From an uncultured Acidimicrobiia bacterium (GTDB taxonomy: Bacteria; Acidobacteriota; Terriglobia; Versatilivoradales; Versatilivoraceae): a stretch of 64,000 bases of DNA. Of the stretch, positions 49,601-60,294 are shown in pieces. The number at the start of each line of letters is the position of its first letter. The first letter of the stretch is position 1. Location of the stretch: positions 832,001 to 896,000 of the forward strand of contig CAWBAT010000006.1 of assembly GCA_963786955.1 (NCBI GenBank), given 5' to 3'. Made by a program: the position numbers and the translations under genes. The notes under the pieces were generated by a model that was not told where the DNA came from, did not search any database, and worked only from the letters and a program-made list of their open reading frames with translations.

Positions 49601-50443
49601 GTTTCCAAGCACCTGCACCCTTGATTTGAAACCCTCGTCACCTTCGACGAGAATGGGCTTACCAAGCTGCTGCATTTCCGAATCGAATTTAAGACAAGCT
49701 ACATAATGGAAACCCAAATTTTCCTTGATCAACCTGATGAGCGAAATAAGAGTCTTGTGCCACTCCAATCCTGATTGGATCAAGTTGCCCAGGTTCAGAT
49801 ACAAGAGGCTTCGCTCATTGTCGAGTGCTTTCAATTTTTGGTTACTGAGAGAAAGCTGATAGCGAGAGCCGTATTCTCGAAAGCGCAGCCTTTGAGCGTA
49901 ATAGGAACCGGCCAGAGCGACCAGTAGAGTTCCAATCACCAGGAAATGGTTATCGATGAAGCCACTGAAAGAAGAGGCCCCATGTTGAAGCCACAAAGGG
50001 ACGATGTAGGCTCCATACACTAAACAGAGAGTCGACGCCGACTCCAGGAAAGTAAACGGGATGATGAGGGTGACCCCAAGAATCAAAAGATTCAGTCCAG
50101 CATAGTATGGGGTGGCGCTCTCTCCTAAAAGACTAAATGAGATTGATAGGCAGCAGGCGATCAGCAGCGCACCGACCATGCCCCATAGCCGAACAAACTT
50201 TTTTCCCAGCGCTGGATGGATAAAGAAGACCACGGCAACCAGGATCAATGCGGTCGCTAAACGGATCGATAGGTAGGCAGGCAAGAGTTCCCGACTCACC
50301 ACCCAAAGATCAAGAACCCCAACCAGCAGCAAGAGAGCCACTCCAAAGTAACAGAAGACGCGGAGCCGTTCTTCAAAAAGAACACGGGTGTGCTCTCGAA
50401 AGGATTGCTGGATCTTTTCTTTTGGAAATTCAGCCTCGTTCAT
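46630..50443 (-). CDS. Hybrid sensor histidine kinase (N-terminal TM domain, several GAF domains, HisKA/HATPase, receiver), split by about seven frameshifts
   Basis: Consecutive fragments: TM region, GAF repeats, AHDFNNILG H-box, NIIFNALDAM, FDPFFTTK..G.GLG, IIDDE/DLGMP receiver. Confidence 0.82.
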
Positions 50444-50857
50444 GAAGATCCTGATGTTGCGCGCAAGTTAGCACAATCGAGACCGTGAGACAAATAACGC
50501 TCCTGGTTCAGACACCCAATCGAAGGATACTGCTGACTTAAATTTAGAAAAGGAATGCACCCTTCATTCACGAAGGCTTTTGTTCTTCTCGCTGATTCTG
50601 CATGAATTATCGGCACTTTAGGAATATGAAATTAGAAACCTGCCTTCGTCAGGAAAGTCGACTGCCTAGGACACGGGAACACGGCCACCAACCATTGAAT
50701 GGTTTTCCTGGCAGCTGCTGCTTGATTTTCCTTCCACTCGAAGGAAGCGTGCTCCATCCCGGGTTGAAATGAAAGGGCTAAGAAATGGCACAGTGCCTGC
50801 ATAGATGATTCTGGAAATTGATTCCAAGCACTTAAAGGAATCGAAAGGAGCTCTTCC

Positions 50858-51592
50858 ATGATCTACGCATCGGTCGGAACTTTGAGGGGAATTGAGGAAG
50901 CAGAATCTTCTCCCCCACCTGCAAACAATTTTAACGAAGCCCCACGAGAACAAAATGGATTTTTGACCGCTCTCGAAAAGAAGACGTTACATTGGATGGT
51001 AGAGAGGATTCCGCCCTGGATCAACTCGGACCATCTAACGGCACTCAGCTTCCTGGCCATGATCTTTGCTGGGGTCAGTTATAGTCTTAGTGCAAGTCAC
51101 TCGAAATATCTCTATGCGGCAAGCGTTTGCATTATCGTGAACTGGTTTGGAGACAGTCTCGACGGCACTCTGGCCCGTTATCGGAACAAGCTGCGGCCGC
51201 GCTACGGGTTCTATGTAGACCATATCCTTGACACATTCAGCACTTTCTTTCTTCTCGGAGGGCTTGCCATTTCCGGGTATATGAGTCCCCAAGTAGCCGG
51301 CCTTCTCCTCATTGCTTACTTAATGCTATGTATTCAGGTCTACCTGGCCACTTATGCGATTGGGAAGTTCAAGATGTCCTTTGCCTGGTTCGGCCCGACG
51401 GAATTGAGATTGCTTTTGATCATTGGAAACTTCGCGCTCCTTTCCAATCCCCAAATCACAATCCTGGGGTATCCAGTCCTATTGTTTGATCTGGGAAGCG
51501 CGGCAGGGATTGTGATTATTACAGTGATCCTCGTCCTTTCTTCGGTGACAAACATCGCTTTTCTTTACAAAAAGGAGAAGATCGCAAATTAG
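50858..51592 (+). CDS. CDP-alcohol phosphatidyltransferase family protein
   Basis: DSLDGTLARYR....RYGFYVDHILD signature; GPTELR; multi-TM. Confidence 0.9.
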   Translation: MIYASVGTLRGIEEAESSPPPANNFNEAPREQNGFLTALEKKTLHWMVERIPPWINSDHLTALSFLAMIFAGVSYSLSASHSKYLYAASVCIIVNWFGDSLDGTLARYRNKLRPRYGFYVDHILDTFSTFFLLGGLAISGYMSPQVAGLLLIAYLMLCIQVYLATYAIGKFKMSFAWFGPTELRLLLIIGNFALLSNPQITILGYPVLLFDLGSAAGIVIITVILVLSSVTNIAFLYKKEKIAN

Positions 51593-51755
51593 AAAATGAG
51601 GAGAGCCGTTCTGGGGGGAGTTTTCGCCGAGACCGAAGGGCCTTCGACAAAATGTCCGATATCCAAGGAACGGGGCCTCTGGCTGCGGAAAGGTGTAGTC
51701 CTTTGGAGGCGTGTCCCCTCCGGTTTGTGGAGCAACTCGAGTGGCCACACGAACG

Positions 51756-51814
51756 GTAGGGCGGTCTCGCCGAGACCGCCGCACATTCGGCGCGCTAGGC
51801 AAGCGCGCCCTACC
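51756..51814. repeat. GTAG-type REP doublet
   Basis: GGTAGGGCGGTCTCGCCGAGACCGCC...GCGCGCCCTACC, same family as 39720-39779. Confidence 0.75.
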
Positions 51815-51904
51815 CTGCAGACAATTACTCAATCTAAAAACTAAAAGGCCGCACATTGTCAAAGGGGACTCGAAGAGTTCGCCGGGTTTGCTGCATGGTT
51901 TGGT

Positions 51905-52867
51905 TCAGCTCGCTTCCGCTTTCCATCCGTAAGTTTCGTAGCTCCAGCGAATCCGGTCTTCATCGATCGTATAAACCGCAAATCCTTCCGGATGACCCAT
52001 TCGCGGGCCTCTCCACCAGTTACCGCACACTGCGCCAGAGGTAATGATCTGCTCATTCTTGTAGCCATGCTCTTCGACAATATGAACATGCCCTTGCAAG
52101 ACCAGTCTGACATTAAATCCAGAGCAAAACTCCAGAATCTCCTTGGCGTTTCGAATGACAATGGAAGCAGGCACCGCTTCTGTTGATCCGGATTGAAGAG
52201 TGGGCAAGATAGAGAAAAAAGGGATATGACTGACTAAAATAACCGGGCGTTCCCTCCCTACCGAATTGAGGTCCTTTTTGAGCCAGTCGAATTGCGCGTC
52301 ATCAATCCCTCCTTCGTAACTCAAGGAGGCCGTGACTTGGATGGAGTCTAACAGCACAAAATGCCAATCCCGGAAGTCAAAAGACCGGTAGGTTTTCCCT
52401 CCCCCCAAACGGTTCGCGAACATTTTCTTTCCATATTCTGGGTGGGTGGGACTGACTGGAGGCTTGGAAGCCACTCCGAACAAGTCGTGATTCCCTAGAA
52501 CGGAATAGACTGGGAAGTTGATGTCCTTCACAATTCCGCGGTACAACTCGTAGAGCTGATCGGCTCGGGAATACTCTTGTTCGAAGGCATCCATCACTAA
52601 ATCCCCACCCGCAATAGCCAGCACCGGTTTAGGTTTCAGCCGGTTCATCGTGAGGACTGCTTGTCGGAAACCCTGGGCTGCCCTCAATTCCGGCTGAACG
52701 TGAATATCGGTGAAATGCACAAAACTCCAGCGATTCTTGTTTGCTGAAGATTCGGTCTCGGCCGGTTGGGGAATGAGGAGGTTTCCGAAATACGCGCCGG
52801 GAAGGATCAGGCTTTGCCGGAGGAAGTCTCGTCGTTGAATAGAGGGGTCCTTACGCTTCTGGTTCAT
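51905..52867 (-). CDS. Tat-exported calcineurin-like metallophosphoesterase
   Basis: QRRDFL twin-arginine motif; TDIH, GGDLV.D, GNHD, SHIP, GHVH. Confidence 0.9.
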   Translation of the reverse strand: MNQKRKDPSIQRRDFLRQSLILPGAYFGNLLIPQPAETESSANKNRWSFVHFTDIHVQPELRAAQGFRQAVLTMNRLKPKPVLAIAGGDLVMDAFEQEYSRADQLYELYRGIVKDINFPVYSVLGNHDLFGVASKPPVSPTHPEYGKKMFANRLGGGKTYRSFDFRDWHFVLLDSIQVTASLSYEGGIDDAQFDWLKKDLNSVGRERPVILVSHIPFFSILPTLQSGSTEAVPASIVIRNAKEILEFCSGFNVRLVLQGHVHIVEEHGYKNEQIITSGAVCGNWWRGPRMGHPEGFAVYTIDEDRIRWSYETYGWKAEAS

Positions 52868-54420
52868 TTCTTGCGGGGATTTTTTGCCCTCGTCGTTCTG
52901 ACCTTAAGGGATCTTAGCAATCCTGTCGTTTTGTCGGCAATATCCACTTCGACAATTCCCCGAGAATCACATCTGTAGATCTCCTCCACCCGATGGGAGG
53001 CTCCCTCGGCCCAACGGTGGACATCCTGCTCGGTAAGGCCGGTTTTCTCAGCAAGCCGGGGATCAAAAGGAAACAGCGTTTCATCCCAATAAATAACAGT
53101 CCCCATGGGTTGGCTGTGCTCACCGAGTTGACCACATTCAATAAATCGGAAATGCCCGATATTATGCACGGGATGATAGGCGCGTGTAACGGTAAGTGGC
53201 TTCTCTCCTGGCAGGGGGAGACGAGTTTCTTTGCTAAAGATGGGATCAAATACCATCTCTTTGCCAAAATTGTTTTCACGCCAAACGCCAAAATGCCGGC
53301 TGAAACGATCCTGCAATTTATAGCCGCTCTGCTGATCGGCAGTAATGGCTAGTCCAATTGCAGTGGCGGCGCTCGGATAGGGGGATCTTCGGACTCTCTT
53401 CCCGAATTTTTCTTTCAAAGAACGCGATAGGAGAGGGAGTTCGCAAGATCCTCCGACCAAATAGACACAGGCGAGGGATGGCATTCCCTCTTCTTCCGCC
53501 AGGCATGAACGCATCACCCTTTCCGCCGATTCAATTGTCTGTTGCACCAGTGGCAGACATTTTTCGTAAAAATTCTGGACTCCAATCATCAACGCACCGC
53601 CCACGACGCTGATCTGCCCAAGATCGATCGTGATCTTACGGGTGTTTGGATTGATGTTCTCTTTCGCTTCCCGACAGAGGTTCAGAAGGCGAGACCGAGA
53701 AATCCAATCCATTGCGGAACCTGCTAATTCCGGGTGAGCCTGAGCGAGCTCCAAAAGAACCTCGTCCAGGTCATCACCTCCGAGACGCGAGATTCCTTCG
53801 CTGGCGATCACTTCGTGGTCCTGCTGGGTCATATGAATCACAGACACATCAAAGGTGCCCCCGCCAAAATCATAGACCACCACGAATTCCCGGCGGCGGG
53901 TCAAATCCGATTGTCGAAACCGGTGGGCATATTCAATGCCTGCGGCGGAGGGTTCATTTTGCAGGCCGAGGACCTCAAAGCCTGCGGTTCGGAAGGCTTC
54001 CAGTGTGAGGAAACGCTGGTTGCTGTTGGCATTGGCCGGCACTCCCACCATGGCCTCGAGCTTCTCTTTGGGAGGAAGTTCAAGATTACTTCTCGTCAAG
54101 AGATCTTCTCGCAAAGCAACCAGAAACCGCTGTAACCACTCAATCAGAGGCAGTTGGGTCGAACCGATGGATACGATCGAATTCGGCTCTCTCTCTCCAA
54201 AAAGGCGCTTCAGCGAGTGGCAAATTTCCCATCTCGCATCGTACTGCACGTTCCAGGCATCCAGCCCAAAAAGGATCCGTCCCTTCTGAACAGCAATGAG
54301 AGAAGGGTACCAATCAAACACCTCCCCTTCCTCAGTATGAAAGCTGATAATCGGGTAATTCCCTTTTACCGCTGCCGCAATTCGAGTTCTCGTCGTGCCG
54401 AGGTCAATTCCTAATCTCAT
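52864..54420 (-). CDS. Atypical Hsp70-family protein (nucleotide-binding domain plus short divergent C-terminus)
   Basis: LGIDLGTT, VGVPA, NEPSAA, YDFGGGTFDVS, LGGDDLD, LVGGS; no canonical DnaK substrate-binding lid. Confidence 0.88.
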   Translation of the reverse strand: MRLGIDLGTTRTRIAAAVKGNYPIISFHTEEGEVFDWYPSLIAVQKGRILFGLDAWNVQYDARWEICHSLKRLFGEREPNSIVSIGSTQLPLIEWLQRFLVALREDLLTRSNLELPPKEKLEAMVGVPANANSNQRFLTLEAFRTAGFEVLGLQNEPSAAGIEYAHRFRQSDLTRRREFVVVYDFGGGTFDVSVIHMTQQDHEVIASEGISRLGGDDLDEVLLELAQAHPELAGSAMDWISRSRLLNLCREAKENINPNTRKITIDLGQISVVGGALMIGVQNFYEKCLPLVQQTIESAERVMRSCLAEEEGMPSLACVYLVGGSCELPLLSRSLKEKFGKRVRRSPYPSAATAIGLAITADQQSGYKLQDRFSRHFGVWRENNFGKEMVFDPIFSKETRLPLPGEKPLTVTRAYHPVHNIGHFRFIECGQLGEHSQPMGTVIYWDETLFPFDPRLAEKTGLTEQDVHRWAEGASHRVEEIYRCDSRGIVEVDIADKTTGLLRSLKVRTTRAKNPRKK

Positions 54421-54583
54421 AGCTCGAAATTAGAAGATCCGGACAGAAATTTCAAGTTCTTTCCCTAAGTGAAGCTTCATTAATTCCCAGTGAGGACTTC
54501 TGTAGGGGCTCCGCTATGCTAAGATGTCACTTTCGGGTTCAATCTACTATTCCTAATTTAGATTGAACGCAGGCCCAACACCT

Positions 54584-56363
54584 ATGATCTCCCTCTATCG
54601 GAATACTCTAACGCTGCTTTGTTCGCTTTGCTTGGGCGGCATTCTCTGGCTCCTGGCAGGAGTTTCCCCTCATGTCTCCGATGATTTTCGGGTGTGGGCA
54701 GAAGACCCGCTGGTCAAGATTCAGCCCGACACTCCTGTGAACTCCAAACACTCCATTGCCATTGCAGCTGCCAGGAATGAAACCGAGCCGTTCCAGATTA
54801 TCATTTCCTCCCCTCATCGGAAGCTGGAAGACGTTACGGTTTCGGTATCGGATTTGGAGAATGAGCCGAGGGAATAAGATCTCTTCTTCAAAGATCAAGC
54901 TTTATCGACAAGAGTATGTTTTTGTTAGAAATCCCAGCCCTTATTCTCCTTATCCTCCGGGCTGGTGGCCTGATGCCCTCGTTCCCTTCGTGAACCCTTA
55001 TGACGGGAAAACGGTTCCGACCATGCAGCTGGTTCGCGAGGGGAATGGCGAATCCAAGAAGTACCGCCTGTCTGGCGCGCGCTTTCCGGGAAGCCCGTTT
55101 GCTGTATGGCCTTCACGCAATCAACCCGTCTGGGGGGATATCCTCGTTCCGAAGGATGCTGTAGCCGGCAACTATTCAGGCAAGTTGACGGTTACATGCT
55201 GGGCCTGCACACCCCAAACCCTCCCGCTACAGTTGACCGTCTGGGACTTCGAGTTACCGGCGGGTCCGTCCCTGGCCACTAACTTTGGCTCCTTAGAAGC
55301 AGTTGCGGCCGCACACCACTCTGCTCAAGGAACTCAAGAAGCCCTGACCCTGCAAGACCGCTACGCAACGGCCATGGAAGAACATCGGCTAACGGCGCCA
55401 ATTCCTTCGGCGTATTTGCCCTCCGTCCGAACGGATGGAAGTATTGACTGGAAACAGACTCACTCGAATTTGAAACGATTCATGGACGCCCATATTACAG
55501 GGGCCTTTCATATTCCCAATTTCCCCGGCTCAATGTCTCAACCCAAATTCAAGAAACGGTTTTCACGCTACCTGCAAAGTTACTATGAGTACTTGAATGC
55601 TCAAGGTTGGAGCAAAGGGGCCTTTTACTACCCGGTGGACGAACCCAACACCCGAGAAGCCTATGAGCAAGTCAGGTTCTATGCCCAACTCATCCACGAA
55701 TCGGAGCCCCGCATCAAGTTGCTCTGCACTGAACAGACTTATCCCCAGGACAGCTCATGGGGAGAATTACAGGGGTCTGTCGATATCTGGTGTCCGCTTT
55801 TTGCATTTTATGACAAATCCAGTGCCACAAAAGTCTTGAAACAGGGGAACCAACTTTGGACCTACACCGCACTCTGCCAGAAAGCTCCCACCTACCATCC
55901 TGAATTTCAGAAGGTGGGCGGCTTATCGACCTTCTTCTGGCAAATCGATTTCCCTTCTCTCAATTTCCGGCTGCCTTTTTGGGTGATTTGGGAAGACCAG
56001 ATTCAGGGCATGCTCTATTGGTCTACGGTTCATTGGAGCGATCCAGTACGCGATGTATGGACAGATCCGGCGTTCCGAAATCGCTATAACGGCGAGGGAT
56101 ACTTCTTTTATCCGGGGACAGAAGCGGGAATCGCGGGCCCCGTTGCGTCCATCCGTCTGAAAGTGCTCCGGGAAGGTATGGAAGATTTGGCGTATTTAAA
56201 ACTCCTGGCCCAACTCGGCGAGCAAGAGTTCGTCACGACCCAAGCGGCAAAGATTGCGGGCTCCTGGTGGAAATGGAATGACGATCCACAGCAGGTCTAT
56301 CTAATCCGGGCAGCCCTGGCTCAGAAGATTATGGAAAAACAAGGCAAATCGAAAGCAAAGTGA
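54584..56363 (+). CDS. Exported DUF4091 / GH123-like glycoside hydrolase domain protein; indel at about 54868
   Basis: Signal peptide and AARNETEPFQ in one frame; WPDALVP, LTVWDF.LP, YPVDEP, NGEG...YPG, SIRLKVLREG.ED in the next. Confidence 0.78.
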
Positions 56364-56442
56364 CGGGAAAATGCTCCCAGCTGCGGGAGACCTGAAGGGT
56401 CCGTCTTTTAATTGGATGGGGGCGCAAGCTCTCCCAGAATTC

Positions 56443-57969
56443 TTATTTCTGAGGTTTGGGGTCGAGGTTTTGTTTGAGTTCATCGTCGCTAACTTTCGAA
56501 GACACCCCGTCGGCTGGCACTTCTTTTCTTGCGGTCCAGAATAAAGCGTTCAAAATAATTTTGCGGTAATTGTCGTTGCCCCAATTGGCATGCGCGTGGC
56601 CTCCCGTAAAACCGACACCACGTCCGCCATCGGCCCTTTCAGTAGCCCACATCACGATTTCGTCACGACCGTTGGCAGCCACAATGTGCGCATAAGGACC
56701 GCGAGGGGCTGCCGTTGCCCCTTGACGCGTTTCGTCAGAAGGCTTCGCCACGAGAATGGGGACCACCCCCTTCATCTCAGGACGGAATCGCATATTGAAA
56801 TACCATTCATCCTTAGCCTCAAATGGCTTGACGCCGCGAGTAATGGGATGAGTTGGAAGATTGGTAAAATTGGCTAGCCAATGAGGGTTCGTTGAAAACC
56901 CGTGCTCGTAGTATCCGCCGATCCAGTTGAGCAGTTCAGCGCCCGCCTTGTCCTTCGGGACTTCCACCGCATAATGAGCACAAATCAACCCCACTCCTTG
57001 CCGCATGAGATCGCCCATGACTCGGAGGTGGTCCTCTTTAAGTAACGGGTGATTGGCACCTCCATCCATATAGAGCATGATGCTGTCGGCTTCGTCAAAT
57101 GCAGTAGGATCCAGCGGCCAGCCGTTGAGATAGGCTCCGATCTGAATGCCTGGCAGAACTGCGAGACAGTTCTTCAGGATCAAAACTCCGGCATTAAATT
57201 CATGGTCGCCGGGAGCGTGACTCGGCGTCCCTGCCACCAACACAATTCTCTTCACACCTTCCGGCTTGATCCGTTTCATCTGAATATCCTTGAACTGAAC
57301 CAGCATCGGTGGCCCGGCATGTAATTGCAAAGCCAGAATTCCCGAAGCCACTCGTTTCTCCACCTGATCATCGGTCACATCTACTGTCACGTGGCCATTG
57401 ATCTTATGGATCAAGTGATTCCCGATCGCGATCACGACATAATCATTCCACCCTTCATTCTTGATGGCTGCCTGTAATTGGTCGGAATCACCGACTGAGC
57501 CTGTGACCTGAACTTTTCCAGAAGTATCCACGGTGGTTTTTTCGCCGCGTTTGGCTAGAATCCCTCTTCCCTTCTCATCATAGAGAATCCCGGAATAGAC
57601 TTTTCCCGCTTCAAAGTCCGCCTGATAGCCGCCGACGACCCAATTGCCCAGATCTCTACTTCGATACTGGATGCCCGAGTTTCCCCCTACGATCCGGTAA
57701 GACAGATGAAGTTCAAAATCTTCAACCGTGCCGAGCCGCCAGATTAAAAAAGTATTTCCTTGGGTTGGGTTTTCAGCGGTTGTCTGCCCGGCAATCGTTC
57801 CATCACGGACCGACCAGAACTTTGGATTCCCGTCCCAGCCTAAAAGATCTTTCCCGTTGAAAAGACTGCGGTAGCCTGCTCCATCGGAAGCGGCCCGCAA
57901 CCCGACTGGGGACATGAACAACACGCACAACAGGATAGCGATCATCTCTAATTGCATTTTGACCTTCAT
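56443..57969 (-). CDS. DUF1080 (3-keto-disaccharide hydrolase-like) plus ThuA-like domain protein, exported; start uncertain
   Basis: LFNGKDL.GW, NSGIQYR, GYQAD, WNDY, LALQLH, FKDI; then ThuA-like HPITRGV..F...DEWY, FTGGH. Confidence 0.85.
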   Translation of the reverse strand: MKVKMQLEMIAILLCVLFMSPVGLRAASDGAGYRSLFNGKDLLGWDGNPKFWSVRDGTIAGQTTAENPTQGNTFLIWRLGTVEDFELHLSYRIVGGNSGIQYRSRDLGNWVVGGYQADFEAGKVYSGILYDEKGRGILAKRGEKTTVDTSGKVQVTGSVGDSDQLQAAIKNEGWNDYVVIAIGNHLIHKINGHVTVDVTDDQVEKRVASGILALQLHAGPPMLVQFKDIQMKRIKPEGVKRIVLVAGTPSHAPGDHEFNAGVLILKNCLAVLPGIQIGAYLNGWPLDPTAFDEADSIMLYMDGGANHPLLKEDHLRVMGDLMRQGVGLICAHYAVEVPKDKAGAELLNWIGGYYEHGFSTNPHWLANFTNLPTHPITRGVKPFEAKDEWYFNMRFRPEMKGVVPILVAKPSDETRQGATAAPRGPYAHIVAANGRDEIVMWATERADGGRGVGFTGGHAHANWGNDNYRKIILNALFWTARKEVPADGVSSKVSDDELKQNLDPKPQK

Positions 57970-58013
57970 AATCTTTAGGATCCTCATGTCAATGGACTGA
58001 CAAAATTTTAAAA

Positions 58014-58862
58014 TCACGACGGCAAGGTTCTTCTCAAGAATTTAAGCCCTTGGATGGCAATGTCATTCTTATGGGGTTCCATTTCTCGCCAGATGGCTGC
58101 TGCCTTAGCGATCACGAGCACATCCGGCGTAAAGGATTCGATCGAGACATCCCGCTTGTATCCAATTCGTTTCAGGGCAGCGGCGATCCCCTTCCAATCA
58201 ATGTGGTCGCTCCCTGGAGTGCCTCGATCACTGCCACAAGCATGGAGATGTCCGAGCATTTTCCCGGCTCGACGAATGGCCGCAGCTTGGTTTTTTTCTT
58301 CGATGTTCATGTGGAACGTGTCCAAGTGAATCGTCAGCGCCGGACTTCCCACATCTTGAACCATTTGGATCGCCTGATCGCAGGTATTGATGAAGTCCGT
58401 TTCAAACCGGTTTAGAGGTTCGAGAGCGATGATCTTTTTTTTCTTTTCCGCGTACCGGCATAACGTCTTGAGATGTTTGACCACCTGTTTCCACTGGGCT
58501 TTTCTTTCCTTGTCGGGCACGTACTCGGCTCTGCCCACCGCTGAATAAATTGGCCCAACTAAAACAGAGGAGTCCAGCACGCTCATAATATCGATCAATT
58601 TGTGAACATAATCGAGACAAGCGCCCTGCTCCTCTTTAGTTCCGCGGAGGTCGCGGCCTGGTCCAAACGCCCCGCAAAGCGTGCTGCCGAGCAGCCCGTG
58701 ACGGTTCAACTCTGCCTTCACGTAGGCGGGGTCGATGTGGGACTCATGCTCCACAGCTATTTCTACCGAATCGAAACCCCACTTCTTAAAAGATTTAAAT
58801 AGATTGGTACTTTCGTTCGTGAACGGCGACGTAAATAAAAACGTGTTGATGCCAAATTTCAT
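58014..58862 (-). CDS. Sugar phosphate isomerase/epimerase (D-psicose/tagatose 3-epimerase family)
   Basis: LEPLNRFE, HLDTFHMNIEE, H.H.C..DRG.PG..HIDW, IESF. Confidence 0.9.
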   Translation of the reverse strand: MKFGINTFLFTSPFTNESTNLFKSFKKWGFDSVEIAVEHESHIDPAYVKAELNRHGLLGSTLCGAFGPGRDLRGTKEEQGACLDYVHKLIDIMSVLDSSVLVGPIYSAVGRAEYVPDKERKAQWKQVVKHLKTLCRYAEKKKKIIALEPLNRFETDFINTCDQAIQMVQDVGSPALTIHLDTFHMNIEEKNQAAAIRRAGKMLGHLHACGSDRGTPGSDHIDWKGIAAALKRIGYKRDVSIESFTPDVLVIAKAAAIWREMEPHKNDIAIQGLKFLRRTLPS

Positions 58863-59039
58863 GCCCTTCCCCCTCATTCAATGAAAACGGAGATTGAAAA
58901 ACGGTCCCTCAAACGGACACTCATTAAAACACCAAGCAAAATAGAGCGCAAAGATTTTTTTGAGACGGCAGCGCATCAGGTGAAACTATACTCAAGTCCA
59001 TTGGGTAGTAGACTCTGTATGTTGTCCCGGCTTCAGCCG

Positions 59040-59440
59040 GGGATTGGACATTGGACATTTCCGCTGCCCTGAAAGGGCAAGAGAAAATAGCCCAGGGCAG
59101 AGTGAAGGGCAAAGCCCGGAGCGGCGCACTGGGTCACGGGCCACCCACGAAAGGGCACCCTGAAGTGCAACACAACTCTCGTCCAGATTGTCGCGCCCCT
59201 TCAGGGCGCCGATGATTCATTGGGATCCTAACCCAGGGCGGCGCTGCGGGGCCTTGCCCCTGCGCTCTGCCCTGGGCTAGATTGTGGCGGCCCTTCAGGC
59301 CGCTGGATTTCTGAAGGACTGCGAATGGACCGCTTCATTGAACTATTTTCAAATGACGAAACGAGACGATCGTGTCACCCACATAAGCTTGGAAGCCTGT
59401 GCCGTTAATGAATCCGGGGTGCCAACTAATGTCCAATCTC
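59040..59440. mobile_element. ~400-bp MITE-like element containing the dispersed palindromic repeat (copy 2), inserted in a REP
   Basis: Ends GGGATTGGACATT and AATGTCCAATCTC; interior matches 5150-5473; GGCTTCAGCCGG on both flanks. Confidence 0.7.
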
Positions 59441-59442
59441 CA

Positions 59443-59507
59443 GGTCCTGGCTTCAGCCGGGTCATGTTCAGGGCTTTAAGAATAAAGCCGCCTGAAGGCG
59501 GTACTAC
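59443..59507. repeat. REP doublet GGCTTCAGCCGG...CCGCCTGAAGGCGGTACTAC
   Basis: Palindromic arms ending in CTAC. Confidence 0.65.
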
Positions 59508-59513
59508 GAGCCT

Positions 59514-60275
59514 CTAGTATTTCCTGAAAAAGTAGATGGTGAGAAGACTTCCAGTTAAGGTAACAAAGCGGCGCACCCAGATGGGATTGATCTTTTGCGC
59601 GTAATAAGCTCCCCCATATCCTCCCAAAATAGCGCCGCTGATCATGAATAAGGCTTTGGACCAGATCACGGCGCCAGCCGCTATAAAAACAATCACCGCC
59701 ATTCCATTAATGCAAGTTGCCAGCACGGTCTTCAGGGCGTTCATCGCATGGATGTTTTCCATGCCCATCATAGCGAGCAGAGCGAGCATCAAGATACCAA
59801 TCCCTCCCCCGAAGTACCCTCCATAAATGGCAATCAGCAGTTGCAGAAAAAGGATCCCGATCTTGGCTTGCGATGAAAGATTGTGGGTTATTTGAAATCG
59901 GGAAGTGATCCGGGCTGCGACCGTTCCCCCAAAGGTGAAGAGGAGAGTGGCTACGAGAAGAAGATAAGGAATCAACTTTTGAAAAGTAGATTGCTCCGTA
60001 CGCAAGAGTAGCATCGCACCCAAGACACCACCCAACAGGCTGACGCCGCCGTAAACGAGCAGGCGATGCTTCTCTGTGGCAAGTTCTTTCCGATAAGCCC
60101 CAACGCTGGCCAGAGAACCCGGCCATAACACGACGGTATTCGTTGCATTGGCATTGACCGGTGGCATTCCTATCAAAACCAGCGCAGGGAAGGTAAAGAA
60201 GCTGCCGCCGCCGGCAACAGAATTCAGCGCCCCAGCAAGTACGGCAGCCAGGAAAAGAAGGATGTTTTCTATCAT
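59514..60275 (-). CDS. Sulfite exporter TauE/SafE family membrane protein
   Basis: NSVAGGGS...FPAL, ANATN, YGGYFGGGIG, NALK. Confidence 0.9.
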   Translation of the reverse strand: MIENILLFLAAVLAGALNSVAGGGSFFTFPALVLIGMPPVNANATNTVVLWPGSLASVGAYRKELATEKHRLLVYGGVSLLGGVLGAMLLLRTEQSTFQKLIPYLLLVATLLFTFGGTVAARITSRFQITHNLSSQAKIGILFLQLLIAIYGGYFGGGIGILMLALLAMMGMENIHAMNALKTVLATCINGMAVIVFIAAGAVIWSKALFMISGAILGGYGGAYYAQKINPIWVRRFVTLTGSLLTIYFFRKY

Positions 60276-60294
60276 CTGTTGCCGATCGTCAATC

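Noticed and set aside
54425-54460. ECF promoter upstream of the Hsp70 gene
   Set aside because: GAACTT is present on the minus strand, but no good -10 lies at 16-17 bp spacing.
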